A program made the position numbers and the translations under genes. A stretch of 63,873 nt of DNA, counting the filler, from Octopus bimaculoides (taxonomy: Eukaryota), in NCBI RefSeq assembly GCF_001194135.2. It is 4 parts of 3 records of this genome, joined end to end, with 100 filler letters (N's around TTAATTAATTAA, not from the genome) between each part and the next. Parts side by side here need not be neighbours in the genome. Positions count along the whole stretch, not along the records: positions 32,671 to 62,306 come from NC_068982.1; 3 more parts are not named here. The stretch is one strand, 5' to 3'. Under the pieces are notes generated by a model. It saw only the letters and a list, made by a program, of their open reading frames with translations. It ran no database searches and was not told the origin of the DNA. Below are positions 49,101-61,697 of this stretch, piece after piece. How positions within the stretch are numbered: the stretch's first letter is position 1; each line of letters begins with the position of its first letter.

Positions 49101-50232
49101 GGATTCGATGACGTTGCAGTTATACAATTTACATAATTTCACTTACATATTCAAGTACAATGCACGAACATAGTTTTCTATCTCGCAGGCACGAAATGTT
49201 ATTTAGATGTGTCTGTGAACTCTACCTAAGCTCTGATAAATCAGGCCTTGGATCAAGATCGTTTCATTTATGATCATCTTGACATTTTTTAAAGACTTAG
49301 AACTATAGAATCCTCTGTATCTTTACATTTTGAAGATAATAAATTACGGTTTAAGGATATTTCAATGCTAATCTTACAAATAGAACACCCACATACAAGC
49401 GCGGAAATATGATATTTTGTGCTGTAAAACAAAGCTAGAATGAAGGAAGTGAAATTTTTAATTAAGGTAATTTTTTCATATTGTAAAGATGTTATATTTA
49501 TTTGAAAGACACAAAATGCTTTTTAAATACATGCGTGAACAAATCTGCCTCGACTGTGTTACCATTTTCAAAATAAGATGCGGTAAACAATATTAGCAGG
49601 CAGTGGTGTTTCCGACGAAAGAATATTCATTGTCAAGTCTTACTTTTTACATTTAAATGTTGAAAAAGCTTATTTTTCCTTAGTTAGGGGTTAGAGCAAT
49701 ATGAAAATATTAAAAAGTAGCAAACCTGTATTTAAATACGCTAAAAGTTTATATACCCACTATTTTTATTGTTATTCTTATACTATTTGTCTAAATATTA
49801 TTTAAACATTTTAAACGTCGTATTATTACTGATACCGTTTCTGTTTCTTATTCCAAACGTCTATACGTATCATTATATTTTAAGCTGATGGATAAAAGTC
49901 TGAATTGATGGGAACTGATATAATTATGAATAAAATCTGAATATTTTTATAGATAACTGAACAAAAGTATTTTAATGTCATTTTTACATAAATTGCATAA
50001 ATATCATTTAAAAATTACTTCGATACACCATTTAATAATGAATGAATCTTAAATATAAAGTCGTTGCAGCATGCTGTCTTTGAATAGGTACGTAGTGATT
50101 GTAGGGTATGAAGTTGTCATTACTACGGCTTTGCTCCCTTTCTAAAGAACACTGAGTTTAGCATTGATTATTGAGTATCTCCTATATTCGTATACATACA
50201 TAAAAAAATACATGCATGCATACATATACAGT

Positions 50233-50273
<41 letters not shown>

Positions 50274-50414
50274 AAGTTTGTATAGTCGTGTACAATTGAA
50301 TATGCTGGTCCAGGAAATTACAACAGAGTCTGACTTTTAATTTTCTATTTTAGTATTTTTAAAAATTTTACAAAATTTCATATAACAATCTTTTTGTTAT
50401 ATGAAAGTGGGTTG

Positions 50415-50728
50415 AATGGTACTTATTTTATCGAATCCGAGAGAATGGAATATAAAACGACCTCAGCGGAATTTGAACGCAGAACGTAAAGACGGACGAA
50501 AATCCGCTAAGTATTCCGTCCAGCTTTTCTTTTCTACTATAGGCACAAGGCCTGAAATTTGTGGGGAGTGGGTAAGTCGATTTCATCGATCCCAGTGTTT
50601 CACTGGTATTTAATTCATCAACCCCCGAAAGGATGAAAGGCAAAGTCAAACTCAGAACGTAGCGGCAGACGAAATACCATTAAGCATTTCGCTCGGCGTG
50701 CTAACGATTCTGCCTGCTCACCGCCTTA
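50415..50728 (-). mobile_element. Two adjacent SINE family A copies
   Basis: 50415-50525 and 50535-50728 each carry the GAACTCAGAACGTA / GAAATACC body. Confidence 0.85.
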
Positions 50729-51135
50729 AGTACTTTCAACCTTTCTTCTGCGGGAAATACGAGTTGAGTTTATAATGCATAAGAGAAGTTTATCATAGAA
50801 CATCACTATCGCTGTCATCTAAATTGGTTAATTGCTACTGATAGTAACTGTTTTTTTTTATTATTATTATGAATGTGATAATTACCACAGCAAATAGCAT
50901 AAACTTTAGTAGAGACGAACCTTATTTCCATGTCCATAGTTTATATAATGTTTGCACATCAGTTTGTTTCATTGGAAACCGCAATAAATATTATTCTTTG
51001 ACCATGTAGATTTCATCATTTGAATTTCTGAGTCCATATCGGAACAGGCGCAAGCAAAATTTCTCTATTAGAACAACACGTATGTCACACGTAAGCACAC
51101 TCACACAAATCTATACTCACACCAATGCATATGCA

Positions 51136-51232
<97 letters not shown>

Positions 51233-51233
51233 C

Positions 51234-51272
<39 letters not shown>

Positions 51273-51343
51273 GCCTGCCTGCCTGCCTGCCTGTCTGTCT
51301 GTCTGTCTATCTACCTGTCTGCCTGTGTCTAATACGTAGGTAT

Positions 51344-51404
<61 letters not shown>

Positions 51405-51419
51405 GTTAATGAGAGACGG

Positions 51420-52480
51420 AAGATGGAAGATACGAGAGTTTTATTCGTCACTACAATTGTTTCGACACGCCTAGCATCAATCCTTCACGAGTGGATACTT
51501 AACAACTGGTTCAGGAGCATCCGACGGTGCAGATGTGCCTCTTCGGGTGATAAATCGATACAACAATACAACTCATTAAAATAACACTTCCGCAATGTAT
51601 CTTCTCAGTCCTTGTGAAGAAACGCAGCAAATTAAAGGATATAGCTTCATTTATATAGAAGATCAACAGATACAAAAAAGAAACCAACACGCAACACAGC
51701 AAAAATGTATTAAATATAACCGTTAAAGGATATGAATGTATAAACGCCCTCGTGTAGCTTCTATGACGCATATACACTCGCTCATACAAACAAACACGTG
51801 TGGTTTGGCGAACATATGTTCACATAGCGAGTAAAATAAGTATTTGGTGTTTATAAGAATGGGAAGGTTAAATCTAAATTCGATTCATTCATACCTTAAG
51901 GCGGATTACGTTAACAGTTACTTAAATTCATTCCCACTACATTGAGCAAAAGTGCATTTACATGTATGTAAGCATCTTGAGAGTCTTTTAGAAATTCTAT
52001 TAATGATCTTCCACAGAATAGGGGCATCTCTTGAAAAAGATATATGGTATTGTGTGTCTTACTATGGATCAAGTTATATTATATTTAATTTTATCTTCCT
52101 TAAGTCGCCACAAAATATCGACCAAAGATGTTGGGTGTCTCTTATTGATTTTATTGAAGCTGGTGACATGATTACGATAACGAATCTTGAATGAATCAGA
52201 CGTTGCCCCAATGTAAACATACGGCCTTCCCCTTGTATGCACGGTACATTTATATACAAGATTTGTACTCATACAGAGGTTCATCAATAGGCATTTTGAT
52301 TTTTCTCTGCATGAGCATTTATTATATTTTTTTGTATATATGGCAGTTCTGACTTCATTTTCCGACGTTGTTACCATGTTAGCTATATCACAATCATTTC
52401 TACTATCGTGATTTGGCCGTACCTGGTGCTTTTCATTGCGGTTTACATCTCCTTTGATGGCACGTTGATGCATATGTTTG
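51420..52480 (-). mobile_element. Penelope-like element 3' part: Cys-rich linker, GIY-YIG endonuclease and 3' terminal region
   Basis: CSCREKSKCLLMNLC...VYKC...YVYIGATSDSFKIRYRNHVTSF...TSL..ILWRLK; 3' end carries a degenerate HHR (CAC...TC-GAAAC-AATT-GTA-GTG). Confidence 0.88.
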
Positions 52481-52933
52481 CTAGTTACAGTAGGTCGGTT
52501 ATTGAGCTGTTATATGTATGTATGTAAGTATGCATGCATATACGTATGTATGTATTTAAATACATATATTCGTACACTTATGCAAGTATCTATNNNNNNN
52601 NNNNNNNNNNNNNNNNNNNNNNNNNNNNNNNNNNNNNNNNNNNNNNNNNNNNNNNNNNNNNNNNNNNNNNNNNNNNNNNNNNNNNNNNNNNNNNNNNNNN
52701 NNNNNNNNNNNNNNNNNNNNNNNNNNNNNNNNNNNNNNNNNNNNNNNNNNNNNNNNNNNNNNNNNNNNNNNNNNNNNNNNNNNNNNNNNNNNNNNNNNNN
52801 NNNNNNNNNNNNNNNNNNNNNNNNNNNNNNNNNNNNNNNNNNNNNNNNNNNNNNNNNNNNNNNNNNNNNNNNNNNNNNNNNNNNNNNNNNNNNNNNNNNN
52901 NNNNNNNNNNNNNNNNNNNNNNNNNNNNNNNNN

Positions 52934-52992
<59 letters not shown>

Positions 52993-54949
52993 CGGGATTT
53001 TGCGTATGTTGTCTCTATATTCCATCACAACTAAAATGTCGATTTAAATATTTCAACAGATTTTCCTGACATGTTAATATTGCATGCCAACAAAATCTTG
53101 GTTGCCTTCTCTTCGAATAAAAAAGAAATCGAAGCAAACTATAGATATGTTATTAAAATCTTTCGTCCGGTATATGTTTAAATGCAGGAAAGTGATGAAC
53201 CAAAATGGAATTAGGAAGTTAATACAAAGACAATTTATGCCATTAATATTTATGTATAACTGCGTATGTACTTGGACATTTATGCATATGTGAATGTTTT
53301 TATGCATATAATTTGACCTTGTTTATAAGTTTATAACATGTTTTCTTTGCAACTAAAAGCCAGTCGCTAAGAATATAACAAAGCTGTTTTGTTTAATCTG
53401 AAACAACATACGTAAGTGTTTAATTTATGTATGTTCGTATGTATGTACAAGTGTTTGTACATATTTATGTTACATCAATATATTCAAAGTCAAAGTATTT
53501 GAAACATCTTACAGATCTTTACTGTCCTAATTAATTAAATCTGTCAGTTTTCTTTATATAAGTTCTCAGCGTTTCTAGGTTACCAAAGAAGCATTTAGTT
53601 ACGTACTGTGTGCGCTTTTACCAATGATCTTTGAAGATAAGAAATAGTAATTTATCAACTTACAATGTGTACAGTTTTGTGGAAATTAGAAATTGAAAAA
53701 CAAAATTTTGCGTGTTTTGATGCCCTACTAATGAATTGGGTCTGTTTTAAAATCAATCATATCCATTTCATATTTTTGAAATTAGTGTTGATGTATATAT
53801 TCCTGTAGCTTGGTGCCCCGTGACTACACTTGACCTATATTTTTAAAATGGAATTTATAAGTTTCTCTTTGTCTGCTTATATACATTCTTTACGTTCTTT
53901 GTATCCACTTATTTGAGAAGTATTTTTTTTATTACTTCTGCTCATCTAAATTCCACCATATTCTTTTTGTCTCAATAAATAACATATTCATACTGCTTAA
54001 ATGTTATAATTCTTAAATTTTACAGACATGCATGAATATTCCCTCAGAATGATTTTTACAAACTGATTAACTGACCCATCCTTCCTCGGAATAGAATTGT
54101 CATGTTTCTACTCACCTTCTCGATAATATTTTCACTTATGCACATCTGCATGCTATCCCATTAAAGTTTTGCAGAAAACATTAGCTATCTCTTCTTCACA
54201 TGAGATATCTATCCGTATTTTCTACCCTAGATTTTCTACTCCTAAATTTATCCTCTTTGTATTTATGCTATTAATGATTACAAATTAATTGGCAACAGAA
54301 CTATTGCAAAATTTGTGCTCGTTGTTTTTTCTTCTAAGGGCCCTTTCGGAAGCATCATGCCTATTACAATTATGTGTACCTGGTCGTTTACGGGTTTGTA
54401 TTATAACTGAAGTTTCATGGTTTTATTCCTTCCGTGCCTGCAGGGTCGCTTCCTAAGTTTATGTCAAAGTTGGATTTTTAGGAGATATTGACGAAGGGAT
54501 ACACTTCCACATTCACCTCTTCCCTAAGATGATATTATACACTGTCCCTGCTCCTCAAGGTATTGATTCAGGCAGAGTGAATAACACTTGTGCAATCGAG
54601 GCTTTTATGGCCCTTTGTATTCTGTGGGACTTCAGTTATCGCTTCAGTATGGATACCTTTTATATATATCCTTAACTGCTCATATGTTGTTATCAGTATT
54701 GGTAAGTTCATCCGTAGAAATTGATTTATATTTGCTCCAGTTATCATATTTTATATCCTTGTATAATAGACATTGATTATATCTTCTTATGCTAACACTC
54801 GAACGAGGTTTATTTTATTTTCGGAAAGTCAAATAATCATGTAATGTGTTATCGGCTTGTTGCTCATTTCACAAAGGCAGGAATGTTTCATATTAGTGAT
54901 ACTCCACGTTTTTCAAGTCAGAATATTTATAACCAAGTTAACTAATTCT

Positions 54950-55830
54950 CTTATACTGATTCAGGTCTAAGAATATAGTTGGAGGCCATCAACCATTTTA
55001 CATAAATGAGAAAGAAAGACGTGTTTTCAGATATATTCATGCAAGACTTCTTTGACGTTTTACTTTCTAGTCTAATGCCCTAAGAAAAGAAACCAAATTT
55101 TACGTTAGATCTATATTGGATCTCTAGTAGAATCATTTGCAATGATGAAGAACAGCTAGATTTAGTAACAATTACAGCTGTTAAAGGAATGGAATTTGGC
55201 CAAAGAAAATTGTCTATCTCTTCTTTTCCACACAACGAATACTACGGATACCTACAATCTGATGGAAGCATCATACAAAGGCGCTGAGAGAAACAGGAAC
55301 ATCCATACAATTTAGGATACTTGGTTGGTTTATAGAGAAAATAGGTTCTGCAGATATAAAAAGCAATCAAGATTCTGACATCATCTAGAAACTTTCATTG
55401 AAATAGCGATACTAATGAACTCTATCTTCGGAAGGAAGAGGGAAGAAGAAGCTTAAGATCAGTACAAAAGGCTTTCGAGTGCAGAATGACATCTTCCAGA
55501 TATCATCTGCTAAACAGAAATAACAAAAGTAAACAGATCCACCAGATTCTCCAAACTGAAGACAACAATAGCTTACCAGTAGAGAGTGAATTATTCAAGA
55601 AGTTTTAAACTTCCCAACGATCTTCCATCTGACTCCAAAATTCGTGGAATCACGATACTCAACAAAAACATGGACGAAAAATAGCCTGCATACAAAAATA
55701 TGTTATGTACAGGTGTGATTCTTGTGAACACAAAGAACGGATTAATATCACATCACATTAGAAAAGGAGAAACTTTTGCAATCCAAGAGCGGGAGAAAAC
55801 TAAAAAATACGTACTGGACAAAGGAGTTAA
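54950..55830 (+). mobile_element. R4/Dong-like non-LTR RT relic
   Basis: KGMEFG, TNELYLRKEEGRRSLRSVQKAFECRM, FAIQERE; same type as 9600-10185. Confidence 0.7.
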
Positions 55831-56220
55831 TTCCAAGACCCTATTTCTGCTATCTCTCTATATTAAGCTTTGTTTAACGAAAACCTATGTAAAGTTAATT
55901 TGAGAGGATCTGAGCACCTTCCTAAAAGACTATAAGCGTGATTGTTGCAAATTAAAACTTTTTTTGATTTGCAAATTGGGGAGGATTTAAACGCGATCGA
56001 ATTTAAACAAGCTCTGTATGCACAATAATTAATAGCTTGCTTGGCTGCTAAATGAATTGATTACGAGCAAACATTTTTCATTATAAGTCCACTGTTTATA
56101 CAGGTGTAGAGGAGAACCTCCTTGATGTTTTCATAAATTAGCTTTTCTGTGTCTTTAAAAATACACGTTCTACATTCTCACCTAGATTTCTTTCAATCAA
56201 ATCTTTGGGAAAGTAAACAT

Positions 56221-56390
56221 AGGCGCAGGAGTGGCTGTGTGGTAAGTAGCTTGCTTACCAACCACATGGTTCCAGGTTCATTCCCACTGTGTGGCACCTT
56301 AGGAAAGTGTTTTCTACTATAACCTCGGGCCGACCAAAGCCTTGTGAGTGAATTTGGTAGACGGAAACTGAAAGAAGCCCGTCGTATATG

Positions 56391-56428
<38 letters not shown>

Positions 56429-56660
56429 TGTGTATATGTTTGTGTATATGTTTGTGTGTTTGTATTTGTCCCCCCAACATCGCTTGACAACCGATGCTGG
56501 TGTGTTTACGTCCCCCGTAACTTAGCGGTTCGGCAAAAGAGACCAATAGAATAAGTACTAGGCTTCCAAAGAATAAGTCCTGGGGTAGATTTGCTCGACT
56601 AAAGGCGGTGCTCCAGCATGGCCGCAGTCAAATGACTGAAACAAGTAAAAGAGTAAAACA
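56221..56660 (+). mobile_element. SINE family C, full length
   Basis: tRNA-like head, central block, internal (TA)/(TG), tail AAGGCGGTGCTCCAGCATGGCCGCAGTC...AACAAGTAAAAGA. Confidence 0.93.
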
Positions 56661-57245
56661 GTATATGTAATGAGAACTGTTTCATTAATAAAAACAAAGA
56701 AATAGAGAAAACAAAGATTTGAGAATAAATGCATGGAAATTGGTTGTTGCTGAACGCTGTATTTCTACTACCCAAACGAAGTTTATAACCGAAAATTATA
56801 GTCACAACGCCTTAAGTAATTCGGATAATTTATATTCTCAATACACGTGTATCTAAATGAATAAAACAAAATCCAGTGAAACTGGTGTTAGTCTGCATTG
56901 AGATGACTAGTATTATTTGGAAAGTCGAGACAAAAAGAGTACAGTGAAATTGCTGTGAGGAGTGAAAAATTCAGCGTTTTGAATGGAATCCTTCTTCAGA
57001 TCAAAGATGAGAGAAAAGAAATAAAATAAAGACAACATAATTTTACACACTGAGTGGTTGTTGAAAAATAAAAACACAAACTGTAATTGATAGGTAACGC
57101 AAGTCAATTTGAGCTATACACATAGATAGGAAGTACTAGGAGACAAAAGCTGAGTGAAAGAGGGGAAGAAATAAGAAATGAAAAACAAAGTGGAAGAGGC
57201 ATTATTTACATTTGGCGGATATTTGTCCTCATCTTGTTTGTTGTT

Positions 57246-57291
57246 AACACAACGTTTCGGTTGATATACCTTCCAGCCTTCATCAGGTGTC
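57246..57291 (-). ncRNA. Minimal type-I hammerhead ribozyme, left arm
   Basis: GACAC-CTGATGA-A-GGCTG(GAAGGTATAT)CAACC-GAAAC-GTT-GTGTT; complete core, GUU triplet, one stem II mismatch. Confidence 0.8.
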
Positions 57292-57343
57292 TTGGGGAAA
57301 CTTCAAACCTGAGTTCTCATTCCTAAGGTATTTTTCGATGTTG

Positions 57344-57412
<69 letters not shown>

Positions 57413-57495
57413 TTACTGCCTGAAATCGAACTCGGAATTAACCCCAAGATTCCGAGTTCGATTCCAGGCAGTCAGTGAATTGAATAATGATAATA

Positions 57496-57555
<60 letters not shown>

Positions 57556-57729
57556 TTAATAATAATAATAACAACAACAATAATAATAATAGTAATGATA
57601 ATAATAATAATAATAACAATAATAATAATAATAATAGTAATGATAATAATAATAATAACAATAATAATAATAATAATAACATAAAAAAAATACCTTAGGA
57701 ATGAGAACCCAGGTTCGAAGTTTCCCCAA

Positions 57730-57775
57730 GACACCTGATGAAGGCTGGAGGGTATATCAGGCGAAACATTGTGTT
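57730..57775 (+). ncRNA. Minimal type-I hammerhead ribozyme, right arm (mutated)
   Basis: GACAC-CTGATGA-A-GGCTG(GAGGGTATAT)CAGGC-GAAAC-ATT-GTGTT; G to A change in stem III. Confidence 0.7.
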
Positions 57776-58116
57776 AACAACAAACAAGATGAGGACAAAT
57801 ATCCGTCAAATGTAAATAATGTAAATAATGTGCATAATTTCTCATCTCTTAAATATAGAAGAATAGTGGAAGAGACGTCGGTGAGGATGAAGTGGTGTGG
57901 AAAAAACTGAGGTGTGGGGTTAGCTGAATGATAAGAATGGGATTATTAAGTGGAGGTGTAGGAGAAGGAGAAAGTCTTTCTTTTAAGCCCATCGGTGACA
58001 TAGTTCTGAGTTTGAATTTCTCTGTACTCTTTCTGTCATTATATCTAACAGGATCTGTCTATATCTATCAGGATAATTTTTATAAAAATGATGCTAAAAT
58101 CAAAGTGATTGTTTGT

Positions 58117-58602
58117 TGCCCACTTAATGTGGCAGTCCCAGGAAAAGGAAAGAATACTACTTAATGTGGCAGTGTTGGCAATAAATAATCACTTTATCGT
58201 GCTGCTACTGTATAAGTCTCTCTGGGAGATTTAGAAATGCAATATTTCTAATTTTGGAGATCAGTGAATTTATTTCACTTGAAATTCTGTTTTCAAAGGT
58301 GATTAAGCATCGACAGCTAGCAAGCCAAGCTACTCCAGACTGATGAAGAGCAATGACTCTGAAACTAATCTCTGGATGCTGGCTCTGCTGGGTGGAGGCG
58401 CTTATCTCCCCTGTTTGAAAACATAAGGACACAGTACGCGTGTGTCATATAGCCAACTGGAAACGGTGTTTCCTGAGGCTAAATAGCAGTAGCATTCTTC
58501 CCTTTCCTGGGAATGCCACATTAAGTTGGCATCAAACCATCACTTTATCGTGCTGCTATTGTATAAGTCCCTCTGAGAGATTTAGAAATGAATATTTCTA
58601 AT
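58117..58602 (+). repeat. Hammerhead-containing unit bounded by ~65-bp direct repeats, with a ~45-bp inverted segment
   Basis: 58188-58252 matches 58539-58602; 58117-58161 is the reverse complement of 58488-58531. Confidence 0.85.
58334..58376 (+). ncRNA. Type-I hammerhead ribozyme motif
   Basis: TCCAGA-CTGATGA-AGAG(CAATGA)CTCT-GAAAC-TA-ATC-TCTGGA; perfect 6-bp stem I and 4-bp stem II; one substitution from the GAAACTAGTC consensus. Confidence 0.75.
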
Positions 58603-58959
58603 GTTAAAATCAATTATATGGGAATTAATCAAGTGTATTATATGCGTTTTACTTCAGTAATAAACAAATCTTGCATAAAATGTTATTAAGTATTGATAAA
58701 ACTGAGAAAAAATATAAAACTGTTATATTTCAAAATCTAGAAATGCTATGTAAAAAAGAAAAGATCGAGATTGGCACACGTGACCAAAACACATTCACAA
58801 ATGGCGAGCTTCATCTCTGACCTAAAAAAAAACCCAAATAAATATAACATTATTTCGTTGATCAGCGTGATTTTTTGGAGATCTTTTATCTTTTACTTGA
58901 TTGAAACAAGTAAAAGATAAAAGAATTGCATTCATACAAGTAAAAGATAAACGGGTTAA

Positions 58960-59150
58960 ATGTATACTGGGGCATCGCCTTGAAGAATGTTTAGTTGAAC
59001 GAATCGAATCCAGTAGAAAATTTTTCAAATCTAGAACTTATTTTATTGGTCTTTTTAACCAGACTGCTAAGTTAAGGAACGTAAGCAAATCAGTACCGGT
59101 TGCCAAGTGGTGGTGGAGGTGAAATACAGACTCAAAGACACACATATAGA
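58960..59150 (-). mobile_element. SINE family C, degenerate 3' half
   Basis: GGGGCATCGCCTTGAAG ... CTGCTAAGTTAAGGAACGTAAG. Confidence 0.65.
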
Positions 59151-59487
59151 TACACACACACACAGAGGCACACACATATACATATATTATTGTAATAATG
59201 TCTGCTATATCTGTTTCGGTACAACTATGTTAAAATATACGTAAATGTATTTTTTTTTCAGAATAGTATATTGTTAATATGTATATCTAACATAATTTAA
59301 TTTATACGAGCCAACGAAGGCGCTTATATGTGGTTGCGGTAGCGAAGTCTCCCTCACATTGTACAGTATTGTCAGAAAAAAGGACATAGCAAACTATACA
59401 TAAAAACATATATATTAAAATACTCGCTAGTTACAGCTTGAACGGCTTTGATTATAGGTCTTTTATATCATGTTTAGCGTGGAGATA

Positions 59488-59879
59488 GGAGGCGCAATGG
59501 CCCAGTGGTTAGGGCTGCGGACTCGCGGTCATAGGATCGCGGTTTCGATACCCAGACCGGGCGTTGTGAGTGTTTATTGAGCGAAAACGCCTAAAGCTCC
59601 ACAAGGCTCCGGCAGGGGATGGTGGCGAACCCTGCTGTACTCGTTCACCACAACTTTCTCTCACTCTTACTTCCTGTTTCTGTTGTGCCTGTAATTCAAA
59701 GGGTCAGCTTTGTCACACTGTGTCACGCTGAATATCCCCGAGGACTACGTTAAGGGTACACGTGTCTGTGGAGTTCTCAGCCACTTGCACGCTAATTTCA
59801 CGAGCACGCTGTTCCATTGATCGGATCAACTGGAACCCTCGACGTCGTAAGCGACGGAGTGCCAACAACAACATTAAAC
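59488..59879 (+). mobile_element. Full-length tRNA-derived SINE with a 12-bp TSD
   Basis: A-box TGGCCCAGTGG, B-box GGTTTCGATACC, (CAA)n tail; TSD AGCGTGGAGATA at 59476-59487 and 59880-59891. Confidence 0.93.
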
Positions 59880-60751
59880 AGCGTGGAGATAAGCAACAAC
59901 AGCATCTTATTGAATCTTCTGATGACTAAGTTTAAATGAAAAATTCGGCCTTTACTATTATACTGTTTCTTTGTTAATTAAATACATAAGTTCATATATT
60001 GCTAATAACTTTCGTTTATTTGTTGATTATGGACCTATAACGCAGTATTATAACTGGATATAGTTATATAATGTTCACTAGAGTTTTTGTTTTCATCATA
60101 TATGATAGAATTTCTTTGAAGAACTTGTTCAGTTAATATAACAGATTTTCCTCAACCGTTATGAAACACATTCTAGATTAATCTTGACTTCCAGAAATTA
60201 GTTTAGATTAAATGAATTTACACTATTTTATTGTATTTCCGTTATGCTCGCATATTTAATTTTGAACATTAACAATTGACCCATATATACGTAATTACAG
60301 TAATGTACTGTTGTTTTTTGATAAGATATATTTTCTTTTTTACGTGTTTAATATGTAGTTGCGTATATGAAAATGTGTGTTTTCTAGAGAACGTGATGAG
60401 AGTAACCATCAAGTCACTTCTATGTATAATATTGAAACCTCTAAAATTACTTGAAGCCTGATACGAAACATGATTGTTTAACCTATTCTATAAAAAAATA
60501 AATGAAATAAACCGCCAAGGACAGTAACGAAGTTAAATTACGTTTAGACATCGCAGATGATGTTATATTGTATGAATGCAACAGTTATACATAGGCATAC
60601 ATGCTTCATATACACAATACACACTAACTTTAGTACCATCAAAAGTATACTGTTAAATATGCAGAAAGAAGCACGTACACGCACACGCACACACACATCA
60701 CACACATACACAAGCATTCATATACACAAACTTGCACTTATATATACAAAC

Positions 60752-60807
<56 letters not shown>

Positions 60808-61487
60808 CCCATACACATGCACATGAAGCTCTCAATTGTTCTTTATTTGTAAAGTACATAAAATATGAAAATCACGTTCACGATCATGAAATATCGCATT
60901 GAGAAATTTATACTAGGTTATAAAAATACAAACGCATAAATCATGCTTTTAACTCGTAAACGCCAACCACACGCAGATAACAAAGAATACATTTACCAGT
61001 AAATATTTCATTAACTCAAAACACACACACACACACATTTGCTGGGATTGGAATAAAATTATTTCTCTGGGTTTATACCCACATTTTTATGTACAATGCA
61101 TGCACTAACTGCGATATATAATACACCCCGCGTTGCAATTAATGAAATAACGTACGTCCATAAGCATGCATGTAAGTAAGTTTGTATGTAATGTATATAT
61201 TCATCTATGTATGCATGTATGTATGTGTGGAAGGGCATATAGGTTAAAGGACGTCTTACTGATTTTCTTTTTTAAAATTTCTCTTCATTAGAGAATAAAA
61301 AGCCCGATCTGCAAACCAGAAACAAAGGTTTTCTTTTGACAGAAATGTATACGCGTACATCAACACAGGAAAAAATCCGGCCGTTATAATGAACTTTAAA
61401 AAAAATCTTGCATAATTTTGATGCTCTGCTTACGGTGTGTGCTAGCCGATCTCTTCGTGCCCGAAAACATTAGTTTTTCGTTATTGC

Positions 61488-61640
61488 TGTGTGGTAAGAA
61501 GCTCGGTTTCCATTAACATGGTTCTGAGTTCAGTTTCGGTTCGTGACACCTTGGGCAAGTGTTTTCTTCTATAGTCTCGAGCCAACGAAAGCCTCTTGAG
61601 TGGATTTGGTTGATGAAAACTGAAAAACGCCCGTAGTGAG
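61488..61640 (+). mobile_element. SINE family C, 5' part
   Basis: GCTGTGTGGTAAGAAGCT ... GACACCTTGGGCAAGTG. Confidence 0.8.
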
Positions 61641-61697
61641 TGTGTGTGTTTGTAAGGATAAGCAAGTTAAGTAAGTCGATATGCAGAAAATATTAAC

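Larger units (their letters stand above)
57200..57821. mobile_element. 622-bp palindrome of two head-to-head truncated copies of a B-box-(AAT)n-hammerhead element
   Basis: Outer arms ~136 bp with 7 differences; (TAT)n/(AAT)n inner arms; central 24-bp hairpin 57415-57472 with one mismatch. Confidence 0.92.

Noticed and set aside
685-59879. tRNA genes
   Set aside because: All A/B-box sequences belong to SINE heads and do not form complete cloverleaves.
61325-61420. Acceptor-like TTTTCTTTTGACAG followed by short open frames
   Set aside because: All frames stop within ~25 codons, no donor site, and no recognisable protein.
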